Assembly (NCBI GenBank): GCA_963775465.1
Contig: CAVZIW010000004.1
Location: 32,001 to 96,000, forward strand
Origin: Candidatus Bathyarchaeota archaeon
GTDB taxonomy: Archaea > Thermoproteota > Bathyarchaeia > Bathyarchaeales > Bathycorpusculaceae
DNA: 64,000 bases
Reading direction: 5' to 3'
The notes beneath the pieces were generated by a model. That model was not told the origin of the DNA, did not search any database, and saw only the letters and a program-made list of their open reading frames with translations. Positions 1 through 9,153 of this stretch are shown here, piece after piece (the first letter of the stretch is position 1; the number at the start of each line of letters is the position of its first letter). Both the position numbers and the translations under genes were made by a program.

Positions 1-1266
1 CGATTGATGTTTCCAGAGTTGGCAAATCAACTTTATGTACCCTACAAATTCTGTGGAAAACATGTAATTGCCCGAACAGAAGAAGAACTCGAAGACTTAG
101 AAAGCTTAAAAGCGGTTGGGGTAGGCAATGGAGCGAAAGAAGTAACCATAATCTCTGGAAAAGAACTGAAAGAGCGAGAACCCCATCTGGATGCCCTCTA
201 TGCGTTATATTCTCCTGTTGCTGGAATCATTCCTCCTTATCTTTTCACTATTGCTTTGGCTGAGAATGCCTTAAGCAACGGCGTGAAAATTCATGTTAAC
301 GCAGAAGTGTCCGCAATAAGACAAGTAAATAGCGGTTACAAAGTAACGACAAATCAGGGAGTCTTCTATGCAGACTTTGTCGTGAATAGTGCAGGTCTTT
401 TCGCAGACAGAGTCTCTGCTATGATCGGCATTGATGATTATGAACTCTATCCTTGCCGTGGCGAATATCTCATCCTTGACAAGAGTTGCCGTGATCTAAT
501 CAGCAGCATGGTCTATCCAGTGCCCCCAAAAATTGCTGGAGTTTTGGGTGTTCATCTCACGCCTACATTGGATGGAAACATATTGATTGGACCTAGTGAA
601 GAATTCATAAGCGATAGAGAAGACACAAGAACAACCAAAGAAAAGATTCGGCAACTAATTGAGGGGGCTAAAAGTTTACTCCCGTCAATTCCACTGAATC
701 AAATTATCTACGGCTTTTCTGCAGTGAGATCTAAAATTACTACGCCAGAAGAGAAGGGGTCGCGTGATTTCATAATTAAGGAGGACGTCGAAAACTTTAT
801 CAACATGATAGGGATGGAGTCCCCTGGTCTTACCTCCTCTCCTGCCATCGCAAGATTGGTTGTTCGAATGATTAAAGAAAAGATGGATTTGGAAGATAAG
901 ATAGATTTTAATCCTATCCGCAGAAGAATCACTCCTTTTAGTGAAACATCACGAACAGAGCAAACTTCTTTGATTAAGACGAATCCCGCATACGGTGAAA
1001 TCGTCTGTAGATGTGAACATGTTTCCAAAGTAGAAATCTTGGAAGCACTAAACAATCCAATTTCAGAGAAAACAATATCCGCCGTAAAATATCGTACCCG
1101 AGCAGGTATGGGCAGATGCCACGGGGGTTTCTGCTTGCCCAGAATTGTGGAAATTTTAAAAGAGGAATACGGTTTGTCCCCTGAAGAGATTAAGTTGAAG
1201 AATAAAGATTCGTCTCTATTTATAGGTGAAACTAAAGAGCTAAGGGAGAATAAAAGAAGTGAGTGA
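1..1266 (+). CDS. FAD-dependent oxidoreductase, glycerol-3-phosphate dehydrogenase-like, with C-terminal BFD-like [2Fe-2S] domain (5'-partial)
   Basis: Frame is open from base 1 and no N-terminal GxGxxG is in the window. Motifs VVNSAGLFAD, PCRGEY, GVHLTPT, ESPGLTSSPA; C-terminal CRCE...RAGMGRCHGGFC. Confidence 0.85.
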   Translation, partial: RLMFPELANQLYVPYKFCGKHVIARTEEELEDLESLKAVGVGNGAKEVTIISGKELKEREPHLDALYALYSPVAGIIPPYLFTIALAENALSNGVKIHVNAEVSAIRQVNSGYKVTTNQGVFYADFVVNSAGLFADRVSAMIGIDDYELYPCRGEYLILDKSCRDLISSMVYPVPPKIAGVLGVHLTPTLDGNILIGPSEEFISDREDTRTTKEKIRQLIEGAKSLLPSIPLNQIIYGFSAVRSKITTPEEKGSRDFIIKEDVENFINMIGMESPGLTSSPAIARLVVRMIKEKMDLEDKIDFNPIRRRITPFSETSRTEQTSLIKTNPAYGEIVCRCEHVSKVEILEALNNPISEKTISAVKYRTRAGMGRCHGGFCLPRIVEILKEEYGLSPEEIKLKNKDSSLFIGETKELRENKRSE

Positions 1267-2512
1267 GTTACAGGTTCAAGATGTTGATTTACTTGTGATA
1301 GGGGCTGGTCCAGCCGGGTTAGCTGCAGCCATCAGTGCAAAGAAAAACGGTCTCCAAAATTTGGTTGTCGTTGAAAGGAATGGCTGGCTAGGCGGCATTC
1401 TTCCTCAGTGTATACATGATGGTTTCGGCCTTGAAATCTTCAAAGAACAATTGACTGGCCCAGAATATGCTCAAAGATACATCGATGAGCTGAAGAGATT
1501 AAAAATCCCATTTATGCTTGATAGTATGGTACTTGAGATTACGCCTGAAAAAAAGGTGTTCGTTGCTGATCAAAAGGGCATGTTTTGTTTTAACGCAAAA
1601 GCGATAGTTCTTGCTATGGGGTGTCGTGAACGAACTCGAGGACAGATTTGCATTCCAGGAACAAGACCTGCTGGAGTGTATACTGCTGGTGTCTCCCAGA
1701 ATCTCATTAATTTGAAGAATGTGATGGTTGGCAAAGATGTTGTTATTCTCGGTTCGGGCGACGTAGGTTTGATTATGGCGCGTCGACTTACTTTGGAAGG
1801 CGCTAAAGTCCACGCTGTGGTTGAGATTCTCCCTCACACCAATGGTTTGCCGCGAAACATTCAGCAGTGTTTAATTGACTATGACATTCCTCTTCTTCTC
1901 TCGCACACCGTTACAGAAATTCATGGGCAGAATAGGGTTGAAGCAGTCTCAATCGCACCTGTTGACAAGGATTTACAACCAATCAAAAGTAAAGAACAAA
2001 AAATTACCTGTGACACTCTCCTCCTTTCTATAGGTTTAATTCCAGAAAATGATCTATCAAAAAATTTCGATGTTAAACTCAGTCAAATTACTGGAGGACC
2101 TATCGTGGATGAAAAGCTTGAAACTTCAGTATCTGGAGTCTTTGCATGCGGGAACGCCCTTCACGTTCACGATGTAGTGGATTTTGTTACACTTGAAGCG
2201 GAAAAGGCTGGAAAAAGCGCAGCGGAACATGTTCTCGGAAAGATTAGAAGGGTGAAAAAAATCCCAATAGAAATAGGTGATAAAATTCGATATGTTTTGC
2301 CTCAAAGCATCTGCCGTGGTGTTGACCTTGAGTTGTCTATTCGTGTAACCAGTCCCAATGAAGATGTGGAACTTGGTTTTTTTGATGGAGAGACATTAGT
2401 AAAGACAAAAAAGTTTCGCAAGGTTCACCCTGCTCAGATGATCAAAATAAAATTGAAGGGAAGCGAAACCAGTGCTGTCAATTCTCTAAGAGTTGAGGTT
2501 TTAAAGAAATGA
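1259..2512 (+). CDS. NAD(P)/FAD-dependent oxidoreductase (pyridine nucleotide-disulfide family), partner of the G3PDH-like subunit
   Basis: VIGAGPAGLAAA, GGILPQCIHDGFG, AMGCRER, ILGSGDVG, GVFACGN; overlaps the upstream stop. Confidence 0.88.
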   Translation: MSELQVQDVDLLVIGAGPAGLAAAISAKKNGLQNLVVVERNGWLGGILPQCIHDGFGLEIFKEQLTGPEYAQRYIDELKRLKIPFMLDSMVLEITPEKKVFVADQKGMFCFNAKAIVLAMGCRERTRGQICIPGTRPAGVYTAGVSQNLINLKNVMVGKDVVILGSGDVGLIMARRLTLEGAKVHAVVEILPHTNGLPRNIQQCLIDYDIPLLLSHTVTEIHGQNRVEAVSIAPVDKDLQPIKSKEQKITCDTLLLSIGLIPENDLSKNFDVKLSQITGGPIVDEKLETSVSGVFACGNALHVHDVVDFVTLEAEKAGKSAAEHVLGKIRRVKKIPIEIGDKIRYVLPQSICRGVDLELSIRVTSPNEDVELGFFDGETLVKTKKFRKVHPAQMIKIKLKGSETSAVNSLRVEVLKK

Positions 2513-2880
2513 AAAATGAAATGATCTGCATCGGTTGTCCTATGGGCTGCTATATCTCTGTAGACCATGTGGGAACAAAAATACGCCACGTTAGGGGAAA
2601 TCGATGCAAAGTGGGGTTGAAATACGCGGAAAAAGAGATTTCAAATCCTGAACGAACCCTTACAACTACCGTGAAAGTGAAACATGGTCATCTTCCTTTA
2701 GTCAGTGTGAGAACAAACAAACCAATACCCAAAGACAGAATCTTCGACGTAATGAATTTGTTGGCAGAAATTGAACTAGAAGCACCCGTTAAAATTGGAG
2801 AACCAATCATACAGAACGTTTTTGATACTGGTGTTAACGTGGTAGCTACAAAAAACATCTTGAGAAAAAAAGAACGTTAG
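2509..2880 (+). CDS. DUF1667 family small Cys/Fe-S subunit
   Basis: CIGCPMGC...GNRC, PERTLTTTV, SVRTNKPIPK; ATGA overlap with the previous gene. Confidence 0.85.
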   Translation: MKNEMICIGCPMGCYISVDHVGTKIRHVRGNRCKVGLKYAEKEISNPERTLTTTVKVKHGHLPLVSVRTNKPIPKDRIFDVMNLLAEIELEAPVKIGEPIIQNVFDTGVNVVATKNILRKKER

Positions 2881-3027
2881 TTGGTGCACCGAAATGTGGC
2901 TGTAAGAGTTGCCCAATCTTATCTTTTTTGGAATCTGGCGCATTAGAAAATTATATTGGTGCTTTTAAAGAAACTACAAATTAATGACCTTAAGGCAGAA
3001 CCATATTCTCATTGCATAAGCGAATAA

Positions 3028-3315
3028 TTAATGATTCGAGGAAATTGGGGTTTTTTGAAATAATTTTCTTAGCTCATTTTTAGCCTGCTCAAGAATTTGC
3101 TTACGCTCATCAGGCAAATTCTTGCCGGCGCGATTGACGTAGAAGTTTAGCATACTCATCGCTGATTGGTACGCTGTACCTTTTCGCCTGATGCTTTGTT
3201 CAGCCGACTTTTTTAATGAATAAGCTATCTCATTTGGATCCTTTAAAGTGAATACGCCTTGCTCTAAATCCAAAGCATTACTACGTTCAGTAACTACCTT
3301 TGACCATTTTTTCAA
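3028..3315 (-). CDS. DUF3175 family protein
   Basis: WSKVVTERSNALDLEQGVFT...IAYSLKKSAE...SAMSMLNFYVNRAGKNL; SD-like GAGGTGA upstream. Confidence 0.85.
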   Translation of the reverse strand: MKKWSKVVTERSNALDLEQGVFTLKDPNEIAYSLKKSAEQSIRRKGTAYQSAMSMLNFYVNRAGKNLPDERKQILEQAKNELRKLFQKTPISSNH

Positions 3316-3407
3316 AACCCATCACCTCGATTAATGAACAAGATTGCTTCGAAATATGTTTGATCAACACAAACTTCGTAAAAGAGCGGCCACTATCTAA
3401 GCTCTTT

Positions 3408-3575
3408 CTAGGGACCATGCTTTATTGACATGTGTAGGTCGATCTCTGTTTTGCTGTTGAAGACTTTGCCGCATATTTCACAATTGTAACTTTGTCTTTC
3501 TTCAGATTGCGCAGGTTTGCCTGGTATGGGTATGTTTGGCGGCGGAGTCTCTGGGTGATCAGGAGAATTAGGCAT
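3408..3575 (-). CDS. Small Pro-rich C2H2 zinc-finger protein
   Basis: YNCEICGKVFNSKTEIDLHMSIKH; start placed at MPNSP. Confidence 0.7.
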   Translation of the reverse strand: MPNSPDHPETPPPNIPIPGKPAQSEERQSYNCEICGKVFNSKTEIDLHMSIKHGP

Positions 3576-3702
3576 CGGTAGCAAACTATCTTTTTTTGAG
3601 GTTTTATAAGTCAACTTAATCACTATGAATTATCGGTATTCTGATTTCTTAAACCTATGTTGTTGTCTTATTGTACAAACAAGCGCTATCTTTAGGGCTT
3701 CT

Positions 3703-3933
3703 TCACAGCGGGGTTACCGTTATAGCTGAAACAGGACAGGATTTAGCTGCTTCTTGAGCGCTGACTAATTGGTTATCGTCAAATTCATTGCTATATTTTG
3801 CCTCGTCTGTATTTCCGCCGACAACTCTAGCTTGCTGATTTTGCCCCGATGCAAAATGCAGTCCATCCGTTGCGTAGCATGCCCCTGTTGAAATACAAAC
3901 GTTCAGGTCAACTTCAACTTTGTATTTTGCCAT
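3703..3933 (-). CDS. Monocluster ferredoxin, probably [3Fe-4S]
   Basis: CISTGAC (second Cys replaced by Thr) ... AAKSCPVSAITV. Confidence 0.85.
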   Translation of the reverse strand: MAKYKVEVDLNVCISTGACYATDGLHFASGQNQQARVVGGNTDEAKYSNEFDDNQLVSAQEAAKSCPVSAITVTPL

Positions 3934-4162
3934 AAAAATCATCAAGTACATTCTAGTAGATGCTTAATTTTAATTTTCTCCTTGGTACGTTTTGAAATTT
4001 TCATCACCCATTTAGTTAGCCAGAAAAAAGAACTTCAACGCTTTTGAATTTTTTAAAAGCTTTTACATCAAAGTAACTTGGTAAACAATGTTTGTATATT
4101 GATGTTAGGTTAATGTTTAAAGGTTGCAAAAAACATCATGTCATAAAAAATTAAGTGAACAT

Positions 4163-4699
4163 ATGCCGTTTTGTCGAAAATGTGGACGTAGACTCGCCGA
4201 GTATAGTGAAAGTTGCCCTGAATGCAGAACATCAACCACTGCTCCTCTCATAAAAATCAAAAAAGCAACAGTTAGCCATTCAGTTGCAGCTACTGCTTCA
4301 AAGAAGGTAGCTAAGGCTATTATCCCCGCCAAACCCATCATAATTTCTATCAAAGTCATTGACCAAGATAAACCCGTCAAGGAGGGTGGCCGATCTAAAG
4401 CCACTGCTCCTACCAAATCAATTATCCAACCGAAAACTCCTTCACCCGCTACGGTTAACCCCCCGCATGAAATCATAAAAAGCAATGTATCCCTCGAAGA
4501 AGACATCATTAACAACCCCCAAGATTACGAAACACAAACTTTCAATTTCGACCTCATATGTCCACATAGCCATTTTTGGTCTGCCGGTAGAGCTGTCATC
4601 GTTTCAAATGGAAGAGGATACTGTCCCCGATGTGGTGAACGCTTACGAAAACCCAAGAGCAAGAAGTCTAAAAAGCCTCCGAGATCTAAACTCTTGTAA
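4163..4699 (+). CDS. Zinc-ribbon protein with N- and C-terminal ribbons and basic tail
   Basis: MPFCRKCG...CPEC; CPHSH...CPRCG. Confidence 0.75.
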   Translation: MPFCRKCGRRLAEYSESCPECRTSTTAPLIKIKKATVSHSVAATASKKVAKAIIPAKPIIISIKVIDQDKPVKEGGRSKATAPTKSIIQPKTPSPATVNPPHEIIKSNVSLEEDIINNPQDYETQTFNFDLICPHSHFWSAGRAVIVSNGRGYCPRCGERLRKPKSKKSKKPPRSKLL

Positions 4700-4819
4700 T
4701 TTCTGTGATGTCAACGCCCAGCTAAAACAGATTTATGAAACTCAGCCGCTAATTTTTGCGTTTGATATTTTGGTTTCCTCCTTCCTGACTTCAGTTTTAT
4801 TTCTCCGCTTTTTGCCAGA

Positions 4820-5002
4820 TCAAATCCTGCAACTTATACTTGATCCTCGGATCTTTGCGTGTTGTCTAAGCAGTATACAAATCAGCATTGGTTCAAAAAG
4901 GTTGGATAGGAGCAATTGCCCAGGTGCATAGCTTCGAAACATATTCATCAGAGAATTGAATGCTTCATGATCCTTCCTACGTAGCGTCCTAGCAAAGCCA
5001 GT
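4820..5002 (-). pseudogene. 5'-truncated fragment of a small helical archaeal protein (arCOG07300-like, usually PolB2-associated)
   Basis: Hand translation TGFARTLRRKDHEAFNSLMNMFRSYA...LFEPMLICILLRQHAKI resembles the recalled pattern F-R-ALRKEDREAFD-L...FEPM-MSILL-QQ; N-terminus missing. Confidence 0.5.
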
Positions 5003-5017
5003 CTATGGTGGTTTTTT

Positions 5018-5045
5018 TAGTTAGTCAAGAAAGTTTGACTAAATA
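5018..5045. repeat. 11-6-11 inverted-repeat site S1
   Basis: TAGTTAGTCAA gaaagt TTGACTAAATA; arms 10/11 complementary. Confidence 0.85.
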
Positions 5046-5061
5046 TTCTCGGTTTTTTGGG

Positions 5062-5089
5062 AGTTTAGTCAAGGTTTCTTGATGAAAAG
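5062..5089. repeat. 11-6-11 site S2 (one arm degenerate), followed by a TATA-like box
   Basis: AGTTTAGTCAA ggtttc TTGATGAAAAG then gacTTTAAG. Confidence 0.75.
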
Positions 5090-5122
5090 GACTTTAAGAC
5101 TGGATCTTCAAAAGCAGTTTCG

Positions 5123-6370
5123 ATGAAAATGAAAGCTTACACAGCCTTAATCTTGGCAACCTTAATTGTATCAATTTCATTGACTGCTTCGCCTGTGTTT
5201 GCGTCTAGTGCGCCCTGTGTGGGAGTCAAAGAAGGCGACTGGATCGAATACGACATCACGATAGAGGGTACTGGTACTGCGCCGCCAACCCATGACGTGC
5301 GGTCGATGAGGATAGAAGTTTTGGTTGTTGATGAGGCGGCGTTCTCGGTGAACCTTACCGCTAGGTACGCCAACGGCACTGTAGGCAGCGCCATTTGGAA
5401 ATACAACTTCACAGAAGGCAACGTCGGAGGATGGACAATCATCCCAGCCAACCTCAGCCCTGGAGAAACCTTCTATGACTTCTCAATTCACAACAATAAA
5501 CCCGTCAACGTAACCATACAGCGGGAGGAGCAAAAAATCGTGCTAGGCGCAACCCGAACTGTCACGTATGGAAACGACTCAATAAGACACATTAAAGAAT
5601 GGGACAAAGCCTCCGGCTTCTTTATCGGTTCCTCAGAAGTCATCCAAAACATCACAAACAAGGATGGTTGGTATATTGATGACTTAACTGTTTCCACCAA
5701 AGCAGTCGCCACCAACATTTGGAGCCCCCAAATTATGGGAAACCAAGCTGTTTTTGCCTTGGTTGCGGCAGGCATAGTGCTGGCAGCGGTGATATTTGCT
5801 TCAGCAATAATAATCGTTAAAAGAGAACCATTAAGGAGGCTTACTCAACGTTACCCTATAATTGGGAAAAAGTTGGTAGTCGGGGTTTTTACGTTTCTTA
5901 TGTTGGGGATGGGTTTTTTAGCTCTTATTTTCTTTTTTTGGAATGAGGTCGGTCTCAGTGATGCCCAAATTAACCTGATTATTCAGTCTTACTGGATTGG
6001 GTTAATCATAGCAAGCATGGGTTTTAGGAAAGTAGGCAATTACTTCGTGCATGGCTTAGTAATGGCGGTGGTTGTCGTCGCCACTGTAGTGGGTTTTTCT
6101 TTGGTTCTGCTTATGTCTCCTCCTAGCGGTGGATCCATGGGCTCATACTTCACTTCTCCGTTGAAGGTAGCAGAAATCGTTGCACACAGCGTTCTATCGA
6201 TTCCGGCAATAGCATTTGGCGTTTGGTCAGTGGCTATTTGGCGCCCCAACTCGTCAACGTTTCCAGCGAAAAGCAGAAGGATTGTACAGTTAACGGTTAT
6301 TCTTTGGGTGCTCTCCTTTGTTGCAGGGGTTTTGGGATACATTGCTGATTACACACCCCTTTTTGGATGA
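5123..6370 (+). CDS. Surface/membrane protein: signal peptide, extracellular domain, multi-TM C-terminal domain
   Basis: Hydrophobic N-terminus, VGVKEGDWIEY motif, several N-x-T/S sequons, about six hydrophobic helices in the C-terminal half. Confidence 0.75.
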   Translation: MKMKAYTALILATLIVSISLTASPVFASSAPCVGVKEGDWIEYDITIEGTGTAPPTHDVRSMRIEVLVVDEAAFSVNLTARYANGTVGSAIWKYNFTEGNVGGWTIIPANLSPGETFYDFSIHNNKPVNVTIQREEQKIVLGATRTVTYGNDSIRHIKEWDKASGFFIGSSEVIQNITNKDGWYIDDLTVSTKAVATNIWSPQIMGNQAVFALVAAGIVLAAVIFASAIIIVKREPLRRLTQRYPIIGKKLVVGVFTFLMLGMGFLALIFFFWNEVGLSDAQINLIIQSYWIGLIIASMGFRKVGNYFVHGLVMAVVVVATVVGFSLVLLMSPPSGGSMGSYFTSPLKVAEIVAHSVLSIPAIAFGVWSVAIWRPNSSTFPAKSRRIVQLTVILWVLSFVAGVLGYIADYTPLFG

Positions 6371-6470
6371 TTCGATTTCAATAGCCCAACAATACAGCAC
6401 CTATGTTCCTTAAACCCATCCAATGATTAATACTGATGCAAAAACCTATCGTGGTGAAGGGTTTATTGGT

Positions 6471-7088
6471 CTACCCCAAAAAACATAAACGTGATACTGT
6501 TTTACTGCGATGAAAAAAACTTTTTGCCCTCGTCACCGCATAAACAGCCACCACTAAGAAAATGACAATCAAAGCGCTTAATCCAGCCAATAAAGGTGAA
6601 GTAAACTCAGTTTCAGAAGGAGGAGAATCCAAGTTAGATTGATTGTTAGATGGAATTGGGGTTTCGGTTGGGTCCTTGATAGATGAATTTTCAACAATTG
6701 CATAGTTGAGGGTTGCCTCCATGTCTCCAATTCTTAAATTCGGATCTCCGGCTCCAACGTTGAAGCGAAACCGATAGTCACCAGTGTATTCGCAGTAAAC
6801 GTCAAATGCAGCATGACTTGTTTGGTAGACCTCGTAGAGCACGATGTCAGTTGGACATTTTTCTAACCCTTCAATCTTCGATATTTTAAATGCGTACTGA
6901 ACTGTCTCTGTATTTTTGGTGGAGAAGTCAGTCCAAGTAGGTACATTGGAAACTGCAAAGTTACCTACAATCCTGTCGCCTTCGTTGGCAAAAACTGCCC
7001 TTGTAACTGAAGCAGACTCAACTAGCGGAAACGACTCAGAACATACATGGGCTGCTTGACCAAGACCAACAAACGGAGTCAAAAGCAA
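6471..7088 (-). CDS. Membrane-anchored secreted hypothetical protein (start uncertain)
   Basis: Pro/Ser/Thr linker, C-terminal TM helix and basic tail; the hydrophobic signal-like stretch extends upstream without an ATG. Confidence 0.65.
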   Translation of the reverse strand: MLLTPFVGLGQAAHVCSESFPLVESASVTRAVFANEGDRIVGNFAVSNVPTWTDFSTKNTETVQYAFKISKIEGLEKCPTDIVLYEVYQTSHAAFDVYCEYTGDYRFRFNVGAGDPNLRIGDMEATLNYAIVENSSIKDPTETPIPSNNQSNLDSPPSETEFTSPLLAGLSALIVIFLVVAVYAVTRAKSFFHRSKTVSRLCFLG

Positions 7089-7134
7089 AATAGAAAGGGT
7101 TAACGCAAAAAAAGAAAAATTCAGAAGAGTCCCC

Positions 7135-7632
7135 TTACAATTGTTTTAAAGCCACGTGAAATTCAGAGGGTCCGCCAGGAGGAACCACAAAGAACACTGT
7201 ATAGCTTTGCTCTGTCGAGGCGCCAAAGGTTTCTATGTAAGGTTGGCTGGCTTTTATCTCAAAATCTGCGTTTTGTATATCACTTATAATTGGATACAGA
7301 TCTCCGGCTTTGCAAGTATTGTTACTTCCCCTATCCCAGTAGCCCTTGTATAGGTAAACGTCAGTCCAGCCATTAGCGCCACCAGGCATCTTGGTGCAAT
7401 TAACCGTTAGCTGCCAGTTCTCATTTGCAGCCACCGTAAAAGGCACGTAAAATGTTGGAACTGAACTGTTAAGAAATCGCAGACAATCACTCTTTGCGGA
7501 GACAACAAAATCCATTTCTTTTGTAGGCAGCTGAGTCGACGTATTCGAAGAATCTAAAAAGAAAACAGTAGGTAAACCCACAGCTACGACTATAACAATA
7601 GCAACTAAACCTAAGATCTTTTTCTCATTCAT
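7135..7632 (-). CDS. N-terminally anchored secreted hypothetical protein
   Basis: MNEKK followed by a hydrophobic helix and a beta-rich domain. Confidence 0.7.
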   Translation of the reverse strand: MNEKKILGLVAIVIVVAVGLPTVFFLDSSNTSTQLPTKEMDFVVSAKSDCLRFLNSSVPTFYVPFTVAANENWQLTVNCTKMPGGANGWTDVYLYKGYWDRGSNNTCKAGDLYPIISDIQNADFEIKASQPYIETFGASTEQSYTVFFVVPPGGPSEFHVALKQL

Positions 7633-7673
7633 TTTTTTCCCTGTCTCATACTGTTTTCTGTAAGTTTAAAAGT

Positions 7674-7701
7674 CTTCTTGTCAAGATTTCTTGACTAACT
7701 A
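7674..7701. repeat. 11-6-11 site S3, inverted relative to S1
   Basis: Reverse complement TAGTTAGTCAA gaaatc TTGACAAGAAG, followed by acTTTTAAA; shares the 19 bp TTTTTAGTTAGTCAAGAAA with S1. Confidence 0.85.
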
Positions 7702-7709
7702 AAAACCTT

Positions 7710-7867
7710 GTTCTAACAACCTTCAATTTTGCCATCGCTAAACAATAGCCTTTCCCGACACTCTATCAGTTGACTTCGTTTCTGTTTTTACAGTTGGTAT
7801 AGTTGTAGTTGCTGGTTTGGTGGTTTACCGCAAAAAACACAAACTCAGTTTAGCAATGAATTCTTGA
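7710..7867 (+). pseudogene. Orphan C-terminal fragment of a surface protein (PxPFPT-TM-basic tail) ending in degenerate site S4 (7847-7874)
   Basis: TFNFAIAKQ*PFPT, then a frameshift, then LSVDFVSVFTVGIVVVAGLVVYRKKHKLSLAMNS*. Confidence 0.65.
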
Positions 7868-8152
7868 AGAATAAATAAAAAATAGATAAAAGACTAAAAT
7901 TTAATCTTTCTCTCTCTCTAAAAATTCTTGTTGTTGTTCTACCAACTTTTCGTGCATAGAAAGCAGCTTTTGGAGCCTAGAACTGCAAATTTTTTCCTTA
8001 GAATAACACTGGTTTGTCTTTCTATGTTTGATTGGTTCCTCTGCTAAGCAGGAATAATTGCAGATGACCCTGCTATTTTGCCTAAATAGAGAGCACAAAG
8101 ATAACTTCAAGAACCCGTGAGTGTTATTCTATTATTAGAAGGAGATAATTAC

Positions 8153-8278
8153 ATGAGTAAGAGAGGAGAAACTGGAGAGCAGGATCGGTCAAAACCTCAG
8201 CCGCAGAAAAAGAAGGATAGAGAGGCTAAACGTAAAGATAAGAAGTCTGCCAGGCTTGAAAGACAAAAGTCCAGATAG
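8153..8278 (+). CDS. Small basic hypothetical protein (41 aa)
   Basis: GGAGA SD upstream; MSKRGETGEQDRSKPQPQKKKDREAKRKDKKSARLERQKSR. Confidence 0.45.
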   Translation: MSKRGETGEQDRSKPQPQKKKDREAKRKDKKSARLERQKSR

Positions 8279-8513
8279 GGTTTTGGATAATTAAACAATT
8301 CTGTTTATAACTCTCTAATTTTTAAACAAAGAAGAAATAGAGAAGAAATTATTAGTGTTCAAGATTTTACTTGTTAGTGAATGTAAATAATAATATCTTG
8401 GCATTTTTAGTTGGATTGAATTTTAATGCACACACTAATAAAGTTCGGAACACCAAGTATTCTTTGAGTCCTAATCAAAACTGAAGCGAGTGTTTAAAAA
8501 AGAAAAATAGAAG

Positions 8514-8855
8514 TTGATTGACCTGAAAGATACAAAAAAAGAGGCAATATGGGGGCAAGTGGAAAAAATTGGCAAAGGCACAAAAGCAAATTACGACTCA
8601 TCAAATAAGACAATCACATTTTGTTTTAACAGAAACCCCGAAACATCAAGTGACTTTTTGAAAAAATCTCGCGAACGACTCATGCAAGAGTTAAAAGACC
8701 TGGGCTATACCAGTTGCATGAAGTATAACGGGGAAGTAATTGTAGATAACATTGGAAAGGAAGATGTGGTTCTTGAAAAGAAAAACCATAAACTCATAAT
8801 ACGATTAAACAAGAAACAAACCGAACAAAAAGCCAAAATAACAGACAGCGATTGA
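8514..8855 (+). CDS. Hypothetical protein
   Basis: 113-aa ORF in AT-rich region; no motif recognised. Confidence 0.5.
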   Translation: MIDLKDTKKEAIWGQVEKIGKGTKANYDSSNKTITFCFNRNPETSSDFLKKSRERLMQELKDLGYTSCMKYNGEVIVDNIGKEDVVLEKKNHKLIIRLNKKQTEQKAKITDSD

Positions 8856-8925
8856 TTTCATGCTCGCTGGTTCAATTATACTTGGTTTCATTGCTTTTTA
8901 TGAGTGGTAAGTTTTTTTAATATTT

Positions 8926-9153
8926 TTACCCCTTACAATATTCTACTATCCAACCATCCAAACCATATGAAAAACATTTGGGATCGGCTATCCTTGGAAT
9001 AGGATGTTTGAGATTTTTGCTGTTGTTCCAGCCTCCAACTAACATTTGGGCTCTTGCGTAACAATAACAGCGATCATGGTCACAACCACTGCCATAAACA
9101 TCAAGGCGAAGAGGGTAAGCGCACCGTTCTACCTCTTTCTTTTGAATGGGCAA
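8926..9153 (-). pseudogene. Fragment of an SPL-like radical SAM protein
   Basis: PLRLDVYGSGCDHDRCYCYARA is a disrupted CxxxCxxC region; only 75 aa. Confidence 0.55.

Noticed and set aside
708-1837. Antisense ORFs here and under most long genes
   Set aside because: Shadow frames of well-supported CDSs, with no motifs.
5010-7707. IS/MITE with terminal inverted repeats
   Set aside because: No transposase or target-site duplication; each end is itself palindromic and unpaired copies exist elsewhere.
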